A stretch of DNA of 64,000 bases from Reclinomonas americana ATCC 50394. Its lineage: Eukaryota. A model generated the notes under the pieces. That model saw only the letters and a program-made list of their open reading frames with translations. It was not told where the DNA came from and did not search any database. Where the stretch lies: assembly GCA_048213135.1 (NCBI GenBank), contig PS015009.1:868001-932000 (forward strand), in the 5' to 3' direction. Positions within the stretch are counted from its first letter, which is position 1; each line of letters opens with the position of its first letter. Positions 50,994 to 60,370 of this stretch are shown in pieces. A program made the position numbers and the translations under genes.

Positions 50994-51902
50994 TCAGTGC
51001 CGGTTCAGCAGAATCTCCGCCCTTGCATTCTTCGTTATTTCCTGCGGGTTGCGGGCCGCGTTCAGGGGCTTACTGTCGCTCATGTTTTCAAGCGCGTCAA
51101 TGCGGGAAACACTGATCTGGCGGGAATAGAGGTACGATTTTACCACGTCGGCCCGCTCCTGCGCCAGCCTGCTGCACATGGCATGGCTTCCTTCTTCCTT
51201 GTGTGCGTGCCCGCTGATGCTGAGCGTAAAGGAAGGGTTATTTTTCAGGATGCTGATCACGCTGTCGAGTACTTTATAGGTAGAACTGATAAGGGACGAA
51301 CCTCCTTTATCAAAAGGAACTACAACCGTATTGGTGTCGGGGCAGCCCCGTTGCGCCGCATAACCATAAACATCCGGACATTTGTCTTCTTCATCCGGTA
51401 CGCCATCCAGGTCCCTGTCGGCTATAACAGGGGGCGGAGGTGGCATCGGGTAAATGATGACGATCTCGGCCCGGCAGTTCAGCGCATTGCCTTCAGCGTC
51501 AATACCGCGTGAGTAAGGCCGAGAAGCGCCAAACCCTTGTACAGCCTTGATCCTGGCCAGGTCAATACCCCGGCCCAGTATATAATCCTTTACAAAAATG
51601 GCCCGGTTCAGCGACAGGTACTTGAGTATGGTATCGTTGCCTTCGTTCATATGGGCATAGCCGTCGATGGAAAGCGTGGCCTCCGGGTTTTTCTTCAATA
51701 TATTCACCACACTGTCCATCACCTCATTGGTGTACGCCTGGTATAAAGCTGATTGTTTATACTCGAAACGAACAATGATGGTATCTGAACGGGTGGGGGG
51801 AGCAGGCAATAGCCGGGTACTGCTGCCGGCAAATGTTGCGGAGCCATACCATATGGAAAAGAGAACAAGGACGAACCTTAGAATCATACGCACAGTAGAC
51901 AT
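50994..51902 (-). CDS. OmpA-family protein with two OmpA C-terminal domains and a TSP3-like repeat
   Basis: Two F..../I.G.A/LS..RA/N.RAEI units separated by DRDLDGVPDEEDKCPD. Confidence 0.85.
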   Translation of the reverse strand: MSTVRMILRFVLVLFSIWYGSATFAGSSTRLLPAPPTRSDTIIVRFEYKQSALYQAYTNEVMDSVVNILKKNPEATLSIDGYAHMNEGNDTILKYLSLNRAIFVKDYILGRGIDLARIKAVQGFGASRPYSRGIDAEGNALNCRAEIVIIYPMPPPPPVIADRDLDGVPDEEDKCPDVYGYAAQRGCPDTNTVVVPFDKGGSSLISSTYKVLDSVISILKNNPSFTLSISGHAHKEEGSHAMCSRLAQERADVVKSYLYSRQISVSRIDALENMSDSKPLNAARNPQEITKNARAEILLNRH

Positions 51903-51965
51903 TTATGATGACAAAGGTAATTCTTCCGGAATAACCTGCTGAAAATGGCTTGTATTAATAATTGA

Positions 51966-54068
51966 TTACCAGTCTTTGTATTCCCATGCTCCCTGTTCAT
52001 AGACATCATAAAAAGATAATTGCAGTGACTTGGCCTGCTGCTGCCATTTGCCGGTACTCCGTTTACTGTTGGAGGCATCTGCAACAATCAGGCCACAGTG
52101 GAACACAGCAGCGAGCTGATCAAGCCGCAGCCGCGGGTTACCCGAAATGATGACAACATCGATAGTAATGCGCTCCGCTGGCGGCCGCCAGGGCAGTAAG
52201 GTATCGAGCAATAATATTCTTTTACCTGCAAAAGAATAAAACCGGCCATACCGATACAGGGAAGGCAGGCCTTCACCCGAGGCCTTTGCCTGCAGATCAA
52301 TACGGGCGGGGCGGAGGTGGAACTGCTGCAGCAGTCCTTCCTGCTGCAGCAAAGTATCGCCCCGGAAATAATACCTGTTCCCTTCAACAAAATCAACAGC
52401 CCGGTAACGCGGCACCTGGTAAACAATCAGTTTCCGCTGGCGGGCGGTTTGCCAGCGGTACACCGCATGAGCAGCGCAGAAACCGGCGAAGAAGAACAGG
52501 CTAACGGTTATCCATTTCTTTTTCTTCTGTAGAACCGCTGCAGACAAACTGATGACCGATGCGTACAGCAACAGGGTGCTGACAGGCGTGGCTGGTATAT
52601 TATCCCAGACAGAAAAAGACAGCTGATTCAGCCATTGTACAAACCTGTTCATACCCTGCGTTAGCAAGGAGCAAAACCATCCGACCGGACCTGCCAATGC
52701 AGGTGACCAGGCGAGCAGCAGCAGGAGTATTTCGGCATAAAGAATAAAACCCGACAGCGGTACCACCAGCAGGTTACTGAACAGGAACAGATTAGGGAAT
52801 TGGTGAAAATACCAGATGCATACCGGGAAGGTGAATATTTGCGCCGACAATGATACCGCCGTAAGTTCCCATATTTTCCGAAGCCATTTGTTGGGTACAT
52901 ACAAAAGGTGAAGCACCGGCTGCTGGAAAAGTAATATTCCCAGTACAGCAAGGTAAGAAAGACGGAAGCCTACATCCCACAGGTAGAAGGGGTCATAACA
53001 AAGCAGGATAAACGCTGAAGCCGCCAGCGCGTTATAAACCGGGGCCCGTTTCATCAGCAGCTTACCTGTTCCTATACAGGTGAACATAACGGCAGCCCTT
53101 AATACAGATGCCGAGGCGCCGGTGAGTAAGGCGAACAGCCAGAGTACCACCAGGGCAAGCAGCAGCTGTAACCATTTTGCCCGTTTAATATAAGGCAGTT
53201 TTTTGAACACCGCCAGCAGCAGTATATAGATCAGGCCCAGGTGCATACCCGAAACGGCGATCACGTGTACCACGCCGGTGTTACTGTAAGCTTGTACCAG
53301 GTCTTTGTCAAGGTCCTGCGTATATCCGATCAGCAGGGCTTCCGCAATTCCCAGTTCATCTTTGGAACTGGTCATGAACCTGCGCAGTATGTTCAGTACC
53401 CCGTCGCGTGCTTTGTATATGCCGCCACGGAAATTACTGCCGTGCAGGCTGTCCAGTAAAATATAGTTATCCTGCCTGAGGAATACCGTATGGTGAAGGC
53501 CATGAAAAGCACTGTACTGTTGATAATCGAATGCCCCGGGGTTACCTGAATTCCTGATGGGCTGAAGTGCGGCGTTGAGCAACAGCCTGTCGCCATACCT
53601 GGTATGCGCCGTTGCGGAGTCTTTAGCGATATAAGCCAGTACCCGTCCGCAACAGGGAATAAGTTGCCCATTGCGTACCAGTGCAATCGTATTCATTTCC
53701 GACTTAAACGAGCGGTTTTTTGCCAGTGGTGGTTCTGCCACTTCAGCCAGTATCCTGTCGCCCGGCTGGTACAGGTGCCCGATCCAGCGGGTATGATTCC
53801 GGATATCCTTTTGCTGTACCAGCAGCAAGCCCATTCCTGCAATTAATATTTGTATAACCACTCCCTGCAACCGGCGCCAGCGGTACCTGTACACAACCGG
53901 CAACAGGCCCGATAACAACAGCAGGAGCAGGCAGGGCACAATAACAATAACCACTACAGGTAAGGGTTGCGGCGCATACCACTGCAGCAGTATCCCGGTA
54001 ATAAGCGGCAGCAGGAGTCTTATAAAGGGAGCTTCTTTCCACCAGGGCAAGGATGATTGAACGGGCAT
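51966..54068 (-). CDS. comEC: ComEC/Rec2 family competence protein
   Basis: NPGAFDY, HVIAVSGMHLG, SVLRAAVMF, GFRLSYLAV. Confidence 0.93.
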   Translation of the reverse strand: MPVQSSLPWWKEAPFIRLLLPLITGILLQWYAPQPLPVVVIVIVPCLLLLLLSGLLPVVYRYRWRRLQGVVIQILIAGMGLLLVQQKDIRNHTRWIGHLYQPGDRILAEVAEPPLAKNRSFKSEMNTIALVRNGQLIPCCGRVLAYIAKDSATAHTRYGDRLLLNAALQPIRNSGNPGAFDYQQYSAFHGLHHTVFLRQDNYILLDSLHGSNFRGGIYKARDGVLNILRRFMTSSKDELGIAEALLIGYTQDLDKDLVQAYSNTGVVHVIAVSGMHLGLIYILLLAVFKKLPYIKRAKWLQLLLALVVLWLFALLTGASASVLRAAVMFTCIGTGKLLMKRAPVYNALAASAFILLCYDPFYLWDVGFRLSYLAVLGILLFQQPVLHLLYVPNKWLRKIWELTAVSLSAQIFTFPVCIWYFHQFPNLFLFSNLLVVPLSGFILYAEILLLLLAWSPALAGPVGWFCSLLTQGMNRFVQWLNQLSFSVWDNIPATPVSTLLLYASVISLSAAVLQKKKKWITVSLFFFAGFCAAHAVYRWQTARQRKLIVYQVPRYRAVDFVEGNRYYFRGDTLLQQEGLLQQFHLRPARIDLQAKASGEGLPSLYRYGRFYSFAGKRILLLDTLLPWRPPAERITIDVVIISGNPRLRLDQLAAVFHCGLIVADASNSKRSTGKWQQQAKSLQLSFYDVYEQGAWEYKDW

Positions 54069-54236
54069 GATTAAAAGTATCCCAGCCGGCTTCTTTCACC
54101 AAGGTGAAAAAACATTGTTTACCCGTTTTATTCTTTTACCAGTTGATTAGTTATATAAGGAAACCTGTGCCTGGTTTGGTGATTCCGCGGGCCGGTTCGT
54201 TCCTGTTTGGAGATAACAAAAAAAATTAAAGGGATT

Positions 54237-54262
54237 GCAACCCTTTATACTGGGCATTCGTC
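54237..54262 (+). promoter_or_regulatory. Putative ECF sigma promoter
   Basis: GCAACC-N16-CGTC. Confidence 0.55.
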
Positions 54263-54269
54263 TTATATA

Positions 54270-54420
54270 TAGAGCGTGTTTGTTTCACTTTCTCTTGGTA
54301 AAGATCAGAAATACACACCGAAGATATTATAAATAGTGGTTTAGGATTAGGTTCCTAGGTTTTTCAAAGGACGAATAAAACGGCCAGCTGTTTCTACTGC
54401 AGGCCCATTTTATTCGTTAT
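54270..54420 (+). ncRNA. Candidate small non-coding RNA
   Basis: Lies between an ECF-like promoter and a long hairpin (54371-54417), contains no ATG, and has a possible 5' stem-loop. Confidence 0.4.
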
Positions 54421-54455
54421 TACTTTCAGGGAAACCACTAAAAAATCAGGAAAAT

Positions 54456-55118
54456 TTATTGGAATTTGCGTGTAATCCGCGCCGGTATCTTGAAGATATT
54501 GGGGCTTATTTTATCCCGGCTTACGGAAGTTGCCTGGTACAGGATGCCCGATGATTTGTAAGTATATTCATACTGCATCACCATTCCGGGGATACAGGCA
54601 AAAACGGGTTCATAGTCTTCGGGCAGCCGGGGCAGGTCGCTGGTATAATACAACGTGATCTCGCTCCCGTCTTTACAAATGATGGTGGCTTTTTTGCAGT
54701 TAAAACCCAGCACCTCCAGTGAGTCATTGGAAAAAGTGCAGGCAGCATCAGCATATTTATCGTTGAATTTCGTCCACCCGGTTTTGCTGAAATTTCGTTT
54801 ATAGGTATCCTTACCTGATTCTTTCACCAGTGTGGCAAACCTGTCCCCTTCTTTTGTTCCGCTGAAAAAAATACTCTCCATCCTCATCAGGCTTACCATC
54901 CGTATCCTTGCTTTTCCATTTTGCAGGAATATGGTTTTACTGCCGCCGTCATACGCGTCTGCAGCGGCTACATTTTTTTTGCCACTAGTCACTTTTATGG
55001 TATAAGATATGGTTACAGGTGCAATTCCTTCACGGCTTTCGGAAGGATTTTGTGTATAGGCCGGCGAAACCGCTACTGCAAGCAGGGAAAGCAGGGTGGT
55101 CAGTAGGTGTGTATACAT
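54456..55118 (-). CDS. Exported protein, GLPGLI/DUF4412-like
   Basis: Signal peptide; LGFNCKKA..YYT...PGMVMQY...FKIP. Confidence 0.75.
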   Translation of the reverse strand: MYTHLLTTLLSLLAVAVSPAYTQNPSESREGIAPVTISYTIKVTSGKKNVAAADAYDGGSKTIFLQNGKARIRMVSLMRMESIFFSGTKEGDRFATLVKESGKDTYKRNFSKTGWTKFNDKYADAACTFSNDSLEVLGFNCKKATIICKDGSEITLYYTSDLPRLPEDYEPVFACIPGMVMQYEYTYKSSGILYQATSVSRDKISPNIFKIPARITRKFQ

Positions 55119-55134
55119 TTACAATAGTGATTGA

Positions 55135-55980
55135 TCAATTATCCTTCTCTCCCGCTACAAAACGGGTGAGATCAATAATATCAAGGGGGTTGTGGTTATT
55201 ACCCGGTTTATCAAAATAAGTCGCGTCGGCTTTTTTCCACTTTTCCAGCTTACGCTTTGCTTTTTTCGCTTTAAAGGTAGGTTTATTCTTCTTGTTGGTG
55301 CGGTACATTGTTTTCATGAACTGCAGCATTTTTTCAGAGACCGCAGTGGAACTGTACTGGTCAACATCCACGATCAGCTGCCGGGATTCATCTTTGAAAT
55401 AAGGTTCCATGGCGCTGTACCGGCAATTGAGCACGCTGTACAAGAGGTCATTGTCTACCCAGCTAAAAGATTCTCCTGATCCTGAGAGGCGGGGAGCCTG
55501 TGAAGCGGAATAAACCGGAGCTGTAACACGGTAAGTTTTTTTCTCTGCCACCAGGATCCGGGCATTGGAATCGGTTGCAATGGCCGGTATGTTAACAGGT
55601 ACCAGTGGTGATTGGGAAGAGGGTTTTGCAGCGGGGGACAGGGCTGCTGTTTCGGTCGCTTTTATGGCCGGGGTATTCCAGGCCAGGCGGTAAATCGCCC
55701 ATGCGGCGAAGAAGAAAAATAATACAGCAGCTAAAGCACCCAGCCTGTAGAATAAGGTCCTGATATTATTCGGATTTCCTTTAACGGATTTGCTGATGGT
55801 AATATAATGACTCTCCTGCGGGGCTATTTCGTATTCCCCCAGTTCCTTAAGTTTCAGGTCCAACGCATCCCTGTTCATTTCTTCCCGTGCGGCATCTTGT
55901 ATGCGGCCAAAGAGAGATTCAGGAGGTTGTTGTTCATGATCTTTAAGCTGGCTCAATATGTCCCTGATTTGATCAGCCAT
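55135..55980 (-). CDS. Anti-sigma-like single-pass membrane protein
   Basis: LKDHEQQPPESLFGRI N-terminus and a TM helix; its start overlaps the sigma stop codon. Confidence 0.75.
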   Translation of the reverse strand: MADQIRDILSQLKDHEQQPPESLFGRIQDAAREEMNRDALDLKLKELGEYEIAPQESHYITISKSVKGNPNNIRTLFYRLGALAAVLFFFFAAWAIYRLAWNTPAIKATETAALSPAAKPSSQSPLVPVNIPAIATDSNARILVAEKKTYRVTAPVYSASQAPRLSGSGESFSWVDNDLLYSVLNCRYSAMEPYFKDESRQLIVDVDQYSSTAVSEKMLQFMKTMYRTNKKNKPTFKAKKAKRKLEKWKKADATYFDKPGNNHNPLDIIDLTRFVAGEKDN

Positions 55981-56561
55981 TATATATTCCCCATTATTTC
56001 TTTTAACTTATGTTTTGCCCTTGACAGTTGTGATTTGCTTGTACCCTCACTGATCTGCAACAGGTCAGAAATCTCTTTGTGGCTATAACCCTCTACCAGG
56101 TAGAGATTGATGATAACCCTGTGACCTACCGGAATCTGCTGTATAGCCTTCAGTAATTCGTTATTGGTCAGCTTGGCATTGATGTGGCCATCTGTAACAG
56201 GATGTAAGGCCGGTTGATTTTCCACATCAACTGCAACCAGCAGGCCATTATTCCGGCGCTTCAGGTAATCGAGGCAGGTATTAATAAAAATACGCCGCAT
56301 CCATCCGTCAAAAGTTCCATGACCCTGGTAGGTCCGGAGTCCTTTGAACACCTTGATATAGGCATCCTGGAATACATCGTCGGCATCTGAATTGCTGCCT
56401 AAATACCTTTTACAAAGGCTGTACATTCTACCCGCATACAACTCATACAATTGCCTGAACGCTTTATCGTCTCCGGATATTGCACTTTCTATTAAGACGT
56501 CTAAGTCAGGCTCTGCGTTGCGTAATGAGGGTGTATTTTTAATTTCTTCGTCAGACTTCAT
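55980..56561 (-). CDS. ECF RNA polymerase sigma factor
   Basis: ADDVFQDAYIKVF, FDGWMRRIFIN, EGYSHKEI, GTSKSQLSRAK. Confidence 0.95.
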   Translation of the reverse strand: MKSDEEIKNTPSLRNAEPDLDVLIESAISGDDKAFRQLYELYAGRMYSLCKRYLGSNSDADDVFQDAYIKVFKGLRTYQGHGTFDGWMRRIFINTCLDYLKRRNNGLLVAVDVENQPALHPVTDGHINAKLTNNELLKAIQQIPVGHRVIINLYLVEGYSHKEISDLLQISEGTSKSQLSRAKHKLKEIMGNI

Positions 56562-56632
56562 GCGCTACAAATGTGTAAGTAATTCGGGCTAAATATAAAA
56601 TACCCTGTAAAAATAAAAAAGTGAGTTTTATT

Positions 56633-56657
56633 GCAACCTTTTTATGTTTCAGTCGTC
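56633..56657 (+). promoter_or_regulatory. Possible ECF promoter
   Basis: GCAACC-N15-CGTC, same motif as at 54237. Confidence 0.4.
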
Positions 56658-56810
56658 CAGCAAAAAAGGTTCTGAAAAAAAAAAGGATGGTAAAGGAGAA
56701 AATAACGTTCCGATAATACATTTTTCCCAGAAAAAAACCGGGATATTACGCTTAATACCAATACTTTTCGCCGGAATTTACATCCATTATCTAAACCCAA
56801 ACTGAAAACA

Positions 56811-56900
56811 ATGATCAAAATTTATTTTCCGATAACCTGCCGCGTATTTTCTTATCCCGGGCCCCGGAATAGGCTGAACCCGGCCCCTTTGCCGGGATAG
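56811..56900 (+). CDS. Putative 29-aa small peptide
   Basis: Manual translation MIKIYFPITCRVFSYPGPRNRLNPAPLPG*; A-rich start context ACTGAAAACA-ATG. Confidence 0.35.
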   Translation: MIKIYFPITCRVFSYPGPRNRLNPAPLPG

Positions 56901-57058
56901 CCAAACTCCCATCGCCAGTTCTTTACGCTGCCGCCCCCACCCAAACGGGCGGAAACTGTATCCTGCATACCCATAACGCACCTTCGTCTTTTATCGTATA
57001 ACCTGCCGCCAGTCCAAACCCGATTATTTTATGAACCTTATTTACAAGACTGCAGATT

Positions 57059-57787
57059 ATGATCATAGAAGAAAAAAATATTGTTGAAACATTTATTATT
57101 GTCCTGTTCATCGCCATCCTCCTCGCCTGGTTCGCCATAACCCACAGGCAAAAAGGGCAACGGGTGCAGCTTCGCACCTGGAAGGACGCGGAGATCAGGA
57201 TACTGGAAGCGGAGAGAAGACGTATAGCCGCCGACCTGCACGACAGCATCGGGCCGGCACTTTCCGCTGTAAGACTGAAACTAGAATGTATAGAAGGGCT
57301 CCGGCAGGGAGAAGCGGAACTGCTTGAATCGGCAAAACAACACCTGCAACTGATATTAACAGAGCTGAGGGAGATCGCCAATAATCTTGTTCCCGGTGTG
57401 CTGCTTAAGAAAACTATTGAAGAAGCCATTGAGGATTTTATCGATACCATACCCCAGGGAGAAAGGGGTATCCGGTTCGAGAGTAATAATATGCCGAGGC
57501 TGGACCCCGTCAGGTCTACCCATATCTACCGCATCCTGCAGGAGATCATGCACAATACCATTAAACATGCCCGCGCCACTTCGCTTCATATCCGGATGGC
57601 AGGACAGGGCAGCCGGCTTTCTATCAACACGGCAGACAACGGGATGGGTTTTCACTATGACCCCGCGGCAGGCAATGGCTCGGGACTCAGCAACCTGCAC
57701 AACCGTGTTCAGCTCCTGAACGGCAGCATCCGAATTGAATCGAACCCTGGAAACGGAACCAGGATCTTTATTGACATACCCGTATAA
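57059..57787 (+). CDS. Minimal HisKA_3 sensor histidine kinase (one TM, no sensor domain)
   Basis: ERRRIAADLHDSIG, QEIMHNTIKHA, DNGMGF, GSGLSNL. Confidence 0.92.
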   Translation: MIIEEKNIVETFIIVLFIAILLAWFAITHRQKGQRVQLRTWKDAEIRILEAERRRIAADLHDSIGPALSAVRLKLECIEGLRQGEAELLESAKQHLQLILTELREIANNLVPGVLLKKTIEEAIEDFIDTIPQGERGIRFESNNMPRLDPVRSTHIYRILQEIMHNTIKHARATSLHIRMAGQGSRLSINTADNGMGFHYDPAAGNGSGLSNLHNRVQLLNGSIRIESNPGNGTRIFIDIPV

Positions 57788-57788
57788 A

Positions 57789-58475
57789 ATGACAGTTATA
57801 CATACTAACTATGCTCCCATACGCATCATCATCGCGGATGATCACGAATTGCTCAGGGATGCTTACCGCAATGTGATCAGGAAAGAAGCGGGCATGGAAC
57901 TGGTGGCCGATGCCGTTAATGGCGAACAACTGGTGCAACTCGTGGGCCGCCATCTTCCCGATATCGTCATCACTGACATTATGATGCCGGTGAAAAGCGG
58001 CGTGGAAGCCACCCGCATCATTACACGCGACTACCCGCAGGTAAGCGTGATCGCGTTTTCCTTTTTTCATCATGATCATTTCATCATCGACATGTTACAG
58101 GCAGGCGTTAAAGGATACCTCAGTAAAAGCGCCACCAAAAAAGAGATTGTGGAAGCCATCATCACCGTTCATCACAACCAGTCTTACTTCTGCAATCTTA
58201 CCAGCACAAGGGTGAATAAACTGATCGCCCAGAAAAACATTACACCCAATTACCTTACGGCCAGGGAAATATTCTCGGATAATGAAAGGGAAGTGATCAC
58301 ACTGATCTGTAAGGAATATTCAAATAAGGATATATCCGCCGCGCTCAGCCTGAGTGTACGGACAATTGAAGGCTACCGGGAACGTATACTTGAAAAGACC
58401 AACTCAAAGAATGTGGCCGGCATCATTTTATATGCTGTGCGGAATAACCTGTATATACCGGGCGACGATGAATAA
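57789..58475 (+). CDS. NarL/LuxR family response regulator
   Basis: IADDH, TDIMMP, GYLSK, LSVRTIEGYR. Confidence 0.94.
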   Translation: MTVIHTNYAPIRIIIADDHELLRDAYRNVIRKEAGMELVADAVNGEQLVQLVGRHLPDIVITDIMMPVKSGVEATRIITRDYPQVSVIAFSFFHHDHFIIDMLQAGVKGYLSKSATKKEIVEAIITVHHNQSYFCNLTSTRVNKLIAQKNITPNYLTAREIFSDNEREVITLICKEYSNKDISAALSLSVRTIEGYRERILEKTNSKNVAGIILYAVRNNLYIPGDDE

Positions 58476-58487
58476 CCGTTATCCAGC

Positions 58488-58913
58488 CTATGCCTGGCGG
58501 CCGCTCGCTTTATCTCTCAGGTTATTGTATTCTTCCAGCAACTTCCTGAATTCTTCCAGTTGCGACATATACAATTTCAGGTAGAAATCACGCTGGCGGG
58601 TGGCTTCTTCTTTTGTTCTGGGCTCGGTCAGGTAATTAACATCGGTTTCCTTGATCCCATAATCCTCCACTTCAGGAATATCCTGGGAAAAGTCGTAACC
58701 CAATACCCTGCCATAGCGTTTGAGTATACCTACAGACAGGTCTTCCCTGCGGGTATGGTTGTAAAATGTATTCCGGGAGGCATAATGCATGCGCTCAACG
58801 ATGGTCTCAACGGTCAGGCCCGACTCTTCGGCAGCCTTTTTTAAAACCTGGCCCCTGTGTACGGTATTTTCTTTCGCATTCACTACTGTAAAGAAACCAT
58901 CAGTGTTGTACAA
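58488..58913 (-). CDS. XRE-like HTH regulator with a C-terminal coiled coil (start uncertain)
   Basis: HRGQVLKKA..SGLTVETIVERMHYASRNTFYN...LGYDFS. Confidence 0.7.
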   Translation of the reverse strand: MYNTDGFFTVVNAKENTVHRGQVLKKAAEESGLTVETIVERMHYASRNTFYNHTRREDLSVGILKRYGRVLGYDFSQDIPEVEDYGIKETDVNYLTEPRTKEEATRQRDFYLKLYMSQLEEFRKLLEEYNNLRDKASGRQA

Positions 58914-59073
58914 GTAAATGAACCCATAAAGTCCATATTTTTATATTTTTTGTACTTTTTTGTATTTTATTGTACAATTTTGTTAATTTTATATCCCTCT
59001 CCCGGTACACTCCAGCCTGTGCCGTTTCCTCCTTCACTGGCAAAATATTTAATAGTTAAACCCCGTAACCCTT

Positions 59074-59301
59074 ATGTACACCTTATCGCCGCTTGCGGCT
59101 TCTGTACTGCGGTATGATGCCCTGCTTCAACGCTATGCCCGTTTCCTTACCCGCGACGAATCCTGTTGCGCTGTTCTTGTAAAGGATGTTTTTGAAACCT
59201 GGTACGAGTTGTACCCAATCCCGGAACATCCGCATACCCGGAAGATACTGCAGCAACTCACCCTGGGATTCTGCAACAGTTACCGCCATCATAACGGCTG
59301 A
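59074..59301 (+). CDS. Small protein resembling an isolated sigma-70 region 2
   Basis: YDALLQRYARFLTRD...LVKDVFETWYE...C; no region 4. Confidence 0.5.
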   Translation: MYTLSPLAASVLRYDALLQRYARFLTRDESCCAVLVKDVFETWYELYPIPEHPHTRKILQQLTLGFCNSYRHHNG

Positions 59302-59411
59302 CGGGTTATTGTCAGTCCGGCGTCATGTTCCTCTTCTCGAAAATGGTTTTCCCTTACGCGTTGGTGCGGGAGCAAAACTTATGGCAAGTTTGTTCTTACA
59401 ATTTTCAACTT

Positions 59412-59741
59412 ATGAGCTGCGAATACCAGTCCCTTTACTATGGCGATGACGGATACGTGGTACGATGCCGGAAATGCGGTTATTACCAGGTAGCCTTTAT
59501 CAGCACCATGCTCACTTTAACAGTTGCCGACTTTCATGCCCTCCGCGAACTGGTAAAACAAAAATGCCATGAGGCGGATGTTTCTTTCGCTGAACACAGC
59601 AAATCGGTGGTGCTGCAAACACCATCACAACAGGTTTGCCTGTTACTGACAAGAAAAGAAGCACTGAATTTTTGTGACATACTGGAAGAGGCTGATACGG
59701 AAGCCAGGACGCAATCGCTACTTGGCCTGTTCAATGCCTGA
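59412..59741 (+). CDS. DUF6686-like protein
   Basis: GYVVRCRKCGYYQVAF CxxC motif. Confidence 0.7.
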   Translation: MSCEYQSLYYGDDGYVVRCRKCGYYQVAFISTMLTLTVADFHALRELVKQKCHEADVSFAEHSKSVVLQTPSQQVCLLLTRKEALNFCDILEEADTEARTQSLLGLFNA

Positions 59742-59896
59742 CTACGGGTAAAATGCCAGAAGGGTTTTATTAAGGTCCGCAATTTATGGTCGTGCAGGGA
59801 GACCGGTAAAAGAACACAAACAGTGATACAGTTTCCTGCAAGCGTTGGTAGCTGTAATCACCGTTCGTGCAAGTTGATCGATGGTTTCTCAGCAAT

Positions 59897-60256
59897 TCAA
59901 TGACGGTTGCTGATGGCATATATAATACCAGGCAGCTCTTCAAACTCGTGGTACTTATCCAGCACAAAATCGGCCCCCGATAATTTACATTGGGTTATCA
60001 TGTCCGTATCTGTCCGCATAACAAGCATCACCACCACACTTTTTTTTCCCTTGAACATTTCCAGCAGGCGCATCGATTGCCCGTTGGGCAGGTGCCTGTC
60101 AATGAGCACTATTTCGGGCATCAAATCCCTGCCGGTGTTTAATGCTTCATTATAAGATATGGCCTTGTGTATAGTAAGTGGCAGGCCGGTTTCGAGGAGC
60201 AGGTTGGATAATCGTTCTATAATCTGCAATGACCTGTCTATAATCAATACCTGCAT
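59897..60256 (-). CDS. Single-domain response regulator (atypical receiver)
   Basis: VLIID, VLID, GADFVLDKYHEFE. Confidence 0.8.
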   Translation of the reverse strand: MQVLIIDRSLQIIERLSNLLLETGLPLTIHKAISYNEALNTGRDLMPEIVLIDRHLPNGQSMRLLEMFKGKKSVVVMLVMRTDTDMITQCKLSGADFVLDKYHEFEELPGIIYAISNRH

Positions 60257-60370
60257 GTCCAGTGTTTTACAACACAAAGTACCGCCAGGAAAGCCAGCCT
60301 TTATATAGCAGTTAAGATGGACATTGGGTCGAAAACCCGCCGGTATTGATGTAGTAATACTACTACCCCC

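Noticed and set aside
57031-57087. 18-codon ORF overlapping the kinase start, as a possible frameshifted N-terminus
   Set aside because: The kinase has its own ATG at 57059 with a plausible N-terminus, so there is no evidence for a frameshift.
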